Origin: a virus
Virus record (IMG/VR): IMGVR_UViG_3300045988_072765
Strand: one strand, 5' to 3'
DNA: 34,791 bases
Shown here: positions 30,967 through 34,791 of the stretch, in pieces
Position numbering within the stretch: position 1 is the first letter of the stretch
How the letters are laid out: each line of letters begins with the position of its first letter
The notes under the pieces: generated by a model
What the model saw: the letters and a program-made list of their open reading frames with translations, nothing else
Database searches by the model: none
What the model was told of the DNA's origin: nothing
Made by a program: the position numbers and the translations under genes

Positions 30967-31533
30967 GTGGAACACAGATTCATCCCCATGGACAAGATGG
31001 AGACCCGGGAGGAAAACGGAGACCTGTACCTGGAGGGCTACTTTTCCGTATTCAATGCCGTTTATGAGCTGTGGCCTGGTGCCACAGAGAGCATCGCCCC
31101 CGGAGCCTTTGACGAGAGCGTGACCGACGATGTCCGCTGTCTGTACAACCACAACAGCGACCTGGTGCTGGGACGGACCACCGCCCGGACGCTGGAGCTG
31201 CGGCAGGACAGCAAGGGCCTTTGGGGCCGGGTGCAGATCAACCGGGAGGACACGGAGGCGATGAACGCCTACGCCCGGATCAACCGGGGGGACATTACCG
31301 GGTGCTCCTTTGGCTTTGACATCGCGGCCCAGGAGACGGAGTACCGGGAGGACGGGACCGTCCATTGGACGATCACTAAGGTCAAGCCCCTGTATGAGGT
31401 CTCCCCCTGTACCTTCCCCGCCTACGAGGACACCTCCGTGTCTGCCCGGAAGCGGGATCTGGACGAGCTGCGGCGCAAGCGCAGCGAGGTATGGAAAGCC
31501 CAGGCGCTGGAGCGCCTGCACAATAAACCCTGA
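30967..31533 (+). CDS. Prohead serine protease (HK97 / S78 family)
   Basis: 188 aa. YLEGYFSVFN...ESIAPGAF...LYNHNSDLVLGRT...CSFGF. Confidence 0.88.
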   Translation: MEHRFIPMDKMETREENGDLYLEGYFSVFNAVYELWPGATESIAPGAFDESVTDDVRCLYNHNSDLVLGRTTARTLELRQDSKGLWGRVQINREDTEAMNAYARINRGDITGCSFGFDIAAQETEYREDGTVHWTITKVKPLYEVSPCTFPAYEDTSVSARKRDLDELRRKRSEVWKAQALERLHNKP

Positions 31534-31553
31534 CAAAAGAAAGGAGAGCAACC

Positions 31554-33227
31554 ATGCTGAAAGCACTGATGCTCCGGCGCTCCATTGACGCCAAGAAGGC
31601 GGAGCTGGCCGCGCTGGAGGAAAAGGACGCCGAGTTTGTCACCCGGGAGGCGGAACTGGAGACCGCCATCAACGAGGTGGAGCCCGGCAACCAGGAGCAG
31701 GAGGCGGCCGTGACCGCCGAGATCGAGAAGTTTGAGAACGAGCGGACCGCCCACAAGGACCAGAAGCAGACCCTGACCGAGGAGGTCCAGCGCATGGAGG
31801 ACGAGCTGGAGGAGCTGGAGCGCCGCGCCCCCAAGCCCCAGAAGAACGACCCCGAGCACGGGGAGAAAGCGAGAGGTGAACTGCATATGGAGAACATCAA
31901 CATCCGGGCCCTGCCCCGCAACCAGCGGGTCTTTGACGCCCTGAGCGGCGAGCGCCGCGCCGCCATTCTGGCCCAGGAGGACACCAAGACTTTCCTGACC
32001 CAGCTGCGCAGCATGAAGGGTCAGAGCCGGGCCGTGACCGGCGGCGAGCTGACCATCCCCGTGGTATTCCTGGACCTGATCGCCCAGAACATGTACCGGT
32101 ACAGCAAGCTGCTGAACCGCGTGCGGATCCGCAACGTGAGCGGCGAGGCCAGACAGACCATCGCGGGCACTGTGCCCGAGGCCGTGTGGACCGAGATGTG
32201 CGCGGCCATCAATGAGCTGACCTTTGCCTTTAATCAGATCACTCTGGACGGCTACAAGGTGGCCGGTTTTGTCCCCGTGTGCAACTCCCTGCTGGAGGAC
32301 AACGACGTCAACCTGGCCAGCTGGATCGTGGAGATGCTGAGCGAGTCCATCGGCCTGGCCATGGACAAGGCCATCCTGTACGGCAAGGGCACCGGGATGC
32401 CTCTGGGCATCGTGACCCGTCTGGCCCAGCAGAGCGCCCCCGCCAACTACCCCGCCAACGCCCCCGCCTGGGAGGACCTGCACTCCAGCAATATCAAGCA
32501 GATCGGCGGCGACAGCGTGACCGGCGCGGCCTTCTGGGCCGCCCTGGTGGAGGCCACCGGCAACACCTTCACCCGCTACTCCCGGGGCGAGCAGTTCTGG
32601 GCCATGAACTCTAAGACTTACGCAAAACTCAAGAGCAAGCTGATCACCTTTACTGCCACCGGCGACATTGTGGCCAACATCTTCGGGGTGTTGCCCATCG
32701 TCAACGGCGATGTGGACATCCTGGAATTTATGCCCGACGGCGACATCGTGGGCGGCTACGGCGACCTGTACCTGCTGGCCATGCGCAGCGGCATGACCAT
32801 TGAGTCCAGCCGCGAGGTGCAGTTTATCCAGGACAACACGGTGTACAAGGCCAAGCAGCGGGCCGACGGTCAGCCCATTATCCCCGGCGCGTTTGTGGCT
32901 ATCAACATCAACAACGTGGCCGTGACCACGGTGATGGACTTTGCCGCCGACACCGCCAACGACGCCGACCTGGACGGCATTACCGGCCTGACCCTGACCC
33001 CCAACTTTGACGCCGACGTGACCGCCTACACCGCCACCATGAGCGCTGCCGGTGCTGTGACCGCCACTCCCGCCCAGGCGGGCGCAGACGTGGCCCTGGC
33101 TTACAACGGAAAAAACGTGGTCAACGGCGACACTGTGACCCCCGTGACCGGCACCAAGGATCTGGTGATCACCGTCAAGCGCGGTAACGCCACCAAGGTG
33201 TATACCGTGGCTGTGACCAAGTCCTGA
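31554..33227 (+). CDS. Major capsid protein (HK97 fold) with an N-terminal coiled-coil delta domain and a C-terminal Ig/cadherin-like extension
   Basis: 557 aa directly after the protease. Delta-domain coiled coil spans aa 1-100. The C-terminal 86 aa read LDGITGLTLTPNFDADVTAYTATM...VYTVAVTKS. Confidence 0.9.
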   Translation: MLKALMLRRSIDAKKAELAALEEKDAEFVTREAELETAINEVEPGNQEQEAAVTAEIEKFENERTAHKDQKQTLTEEVQRMEDELEELERRAPKPQKNDPEHGEKARGELHMENINIRALPRNQRVFDALSGERRAAILAQEDTKTFLTQLRSMKGQSRAVTGGELTIPVVFLDLIAQNMYRYSKLLNRVRIRNVSGEARQTIAGTVPEAVWTEMCAAINELTFAFNQITLDGYKVAGFVPVCNSLLEDNDVNLASWIVEMLSESIGLAMDKAILYGKGTGMPLGIVTRLAQQSAPANYPANAPAWEDLHSSNIKQIGGDSVTGAAFWAALVEATGNTFTRYSRGEQFWAMNSKTYAKLKSKLITFTATGDIVANIFGVLPIVNGDVDILEFMPDGDIVGGYGDLYLLAMRSGMTIESSREVQFIQDNTVYKAKQRADGQPIIPGAFVAININNVAVTTVMDFAADTANDADLDGITGLTLTPNFDADVTAYTATMSAAGAVTATPAQAGADVALAYNGKNVVNGDTVTPVTGTKDLVITVKRGNATKVYTVAVTKS

Positions 33228-33231
33228 GCCC

Positions 33232-33537
33232 ATGACGGACGCGGACATTTTGACCGTGCTGCGGTCCGACCTGGGGGAGCTTTACCCCAGTGAGCAACGG
33301 CTGGCGTACCTGACCCAGGCCGTCAACGCGGCCAAGGAGTTTATTACCCGGGAGGGTATAGCTCTGACGGACAGCGTGGAGGACGGGCAGCTGGTGGAGA
33401 TGTACGCGGCCTATCTGGTGCGCAAGCGGGCATCCAGCGGGGGCGACTCCGTGGCCGGGGCCATGCCCCAGATGCTCCGCTGGGCGCTGAACAACCGGCT
33501 GTTTGCCCAAAAGGCAGGTGGCGCGGATGGTACTTGA
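33232..33537 (+). CDS. Head-tail connector (gp6-like)
   Basis: 101 aa directly after the capsid gene. Typical pattern ...DADIL...L...A..FI....G... Confidence 0.75.
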   Translation: MTDADILTVLRSDLGELYPSEQRLAYLTQAVNAAKEFITREGIALTDSVEDGQLVEMYAAYLVRKRASSGGDSVAGAMPQMLRWALNNRLFAQKAGGADGT

Positions 33538-33901
33538 TTCCGGTGAACTGACCGTCTGGCGGGGAGCCAACGTCTCCCCGCCCGGCGGTATGCCGGTGCA
33601 GACCTACACCCAGGTATGGGCCGGGTGCTACGGACTGCGGACGGTGGGGATCAACCGCTGGTACGCCGGACAGCAGCACGGGGACCGCTCCGACCTGCTG
33701 GTACGGATCCAGCGGACCTACACCATCAACCCGGCGGAGGACCGAGTGATCCTCTCCCCCTATGACCATGAGGACAAGGGCGTGTACCGGATCACCCAAA
33801 AACAGGACGTACTGGACGAGGACAACCTGCCCGCCACGGACTTGACCTTAGAGAGGAGCGCTGGGATCGATGCTGGACAGATTACGGGACGCACTGGCTG
33901 A
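33527..33901 (+). CDS. Head closure / head-tail adaptor protein
   Basis: Start set at ATG 33527 (MVLDSGELTVWRG...). Position and pattern (...QVWAGCYGLRTVG...RIQRTYTI...YRI) fit the call. Confidence 0.7.
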   Translation: MVLDSGELTVWRGANVSPPGGMPVQTYTQVWAGCYGLRTVGINRWYAGQQHGDRSDLLVRIQRTYTINPAEDRVILSPYDHEDKGVYRITQKQDVLDEDNLPATDLTLERSAGIDAGQITGRTG

Positions 33902-34181
33902 GCTGGGGGCGGCCTATCACTACTTTGCCCAGCCCAACGCCGTGCCGCCCTACATCGTATGGGCGGAGGACGGCAGCGAGGACCTGGAGGGAGACAACGT
34001 ACACACGGAGGCCGGATACTCCGGCACCATCGACCTGTACACCAAGACGGAGGACGACCCGCTGACGGCGGCCATCCGTGGAGTACTGGACGGGCTGGAG
34101 TGCGCCTGGTATCTCAACTCCGTGCAGTATGAGGCGGAGACCGTCCTGCTGCACTACGAGTGGGTGTGGGGGCTGGTGTGA
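33870..34181 (+). CDS. Neck / tail-completion protein
   Basis: 103-aa ORF in the neck gene block. Function inferred from position only. Confidence 0.55.
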   Translation: MLDRLRDALAELGAAYHYFAQPNAVPPYIVWAEDGSEDLEGDNVHTEAGYSGTIDLYTKTEDDPLTAAIRGVLDGLECAWYLNSVQYEAETVLLHYEWVWGLV

Positions 34182-34669
34182 TGGCACAGATCAAGTTTCC
34201 GGGGCTGGCGGAGTATGAGCGCAAGTTGTCAAGGCTGAGCCGGGCCGTCAAGGACGAGATCGCGGCCAAGGCCATCTATGCCGGAGCGGACATTGTGGCC
34301 GACGAGGTGCGCAGCGCCATCGAGGGGCTTCCCATCGTGACGGGCTACGGCACAGCGGAGCACCCGCTGCCAGGGGGCGTAACGGTAACCCAACGGCAGG
34401 GGCTGCTGGACGGATTTGGCATCGCCCCGCTGCGGGACGACCGGGGATTTCTTAACGTCAAAATAGGATTTGACGGGTACAACCGGACCAAGACCAAGCA
34501 GTTTCCCGGCGGCCAGCCTAACCAGCTGGTGGCCCGGGGCGTGGAAAGCGGCACCAGCTGGAAGCTAAAGCACCCCTTTATCCGGCCCGCCGTGACCCGG
34601 AGCCGGAAGAAGGCTGAGGCCAAGATGGCCGAGGTGCTGGCGCAGGAAATCGGGAAAATCATGGAATAA
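34181..34669 (+). CDS. HK97 gp10-family tail component
   Basis: Start at ATG 34181 (TGATG overlap). Hallmark VESGTSWKLKHPFIRPA near the C-terminus. Confidence 0.85.
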   Translation: MAQIKFPGLAEYERKLSRLSRAVKDEIAAKAIYAGADIVADEVRSAIEGLPIVTGYGTAEHPLPGGVTVTQRQGLLDGFGIAPLRDDRGFLNVKIGFDGYNRTKTKQFPGGQPNQLVARGVESGTSWKLKHPFIRPAVTRSRKKAEAKMAEVLAQEIGKIME

Positions 34670-34693
34670 AAAAGCCTCCCCAGACGGGGAGGC
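34668..34693 (-). terminator. Intrinsic terminator for the reverse-strand moron, placed convergently against the gp10-like gene (second copy at 2..21)
   Basis: Stem GCCTCCCC, loop AGAC, stem GGGGAGGC. On the minus strand the hairpin is followed by a run of 6 T (A-run 34668-34673 on plus). On the plus strand there is no U-run after it. Confidence 0.8.
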
Positions 34694-34791
34694 AAAGGCT
34701 TACAGCGCGGTGATCTGCTGATCTTCGATGCGGCACAGCTCTTTGAGTTTGGCCGCCACTTTGGGGCCGTGGTAATAGCGGGTATCCTTAA
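34673..34791. repeat. Terminal overlap, copy 2 (identical to 1..119)
   Basis: Same 119 nt as the window start. Confidence 0.95.

Larger units (their letters stand above)
1..34672. mobile_element. Complete circularly closed temperate siphovirus-like phage genome (HK97-type head module, tyrosine integrase, cI/Cro switch)
   Basis: A full set of phage modules is present in canonical order. The exact 119-bp overlap of the two window ends closes the circle. Integrase, attP and repressor indicate a temperate lifestyle. Confidence 0.85.

Overview
The window is a complete, circularly closed genome of about 34.67 kb from a temperate siphovirus-like phage with HK97-type head genes. Bases 1-119 are identical to 34673-34791, so the sequence wraps. 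Most of it is GC-rich (about 55-65% by eye). Gene content (XkdX, Hol44-like holin, copper-amine-oxidase-like stalk domain, KTR zinc ribbon, DUF739-like HTH) suggests a high-GC Bacillota or Clostridia host, though that is inference only.

Modules:
- Tail and lysis, + strand (584-10567): major tail protein, G/GT chaperone with a -1 frameshift, tape measure, baseplate and fibre genes, XkdX, holin, three-domain endolysin.
- Lysogeny and accessory arm, - strand (10585-14096): a three-gene operon with acr-aca-like architecture, an attP carrying a tRNA 3' end mimic, a tyrosine integrase, a lipoprotein and a cI-like repressor.
- Switch region (14097-14310).
- Early, replication and DNA-modification genes, + strand (14311-26831): Cro, small membrane proteins, an AT-rich inserted membrane-protein gene, replication initiator with an internal ori-like iteron cluster, DnaB-like helicase, dUTPase, a frameshifted C5 methyltransferase, a PAPS-reductase-like protein, an N4/N6 methyltransferase, HNH, tandem paralogs, SSB and an HUH Rep-like protein.
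- Packaging and head, + strand (26886-34669): KTR-like zinc ribbon, HNH, TerS-TerL fusion, portal, protease, capsid with a C-terminal Ig-like domain, neck proteins.

One reverse-strand moron (28-501) sits between the neck and tail genes.

The most unusual loci are:
- the acr-aca-like operon beside attP
- the AT-rich membrane-protein insertion flanked by 108-bp direct repeats
- the self-contained moron
- a complete antisense promoter-RBS-ORF-terminator cassette inside the repressor gene
- the PAPS-reductase-like and methyltransferase island
- the HUH Rep-like gene next to the packaging module

All functional names come from motif recognition by eye. No database search was run.
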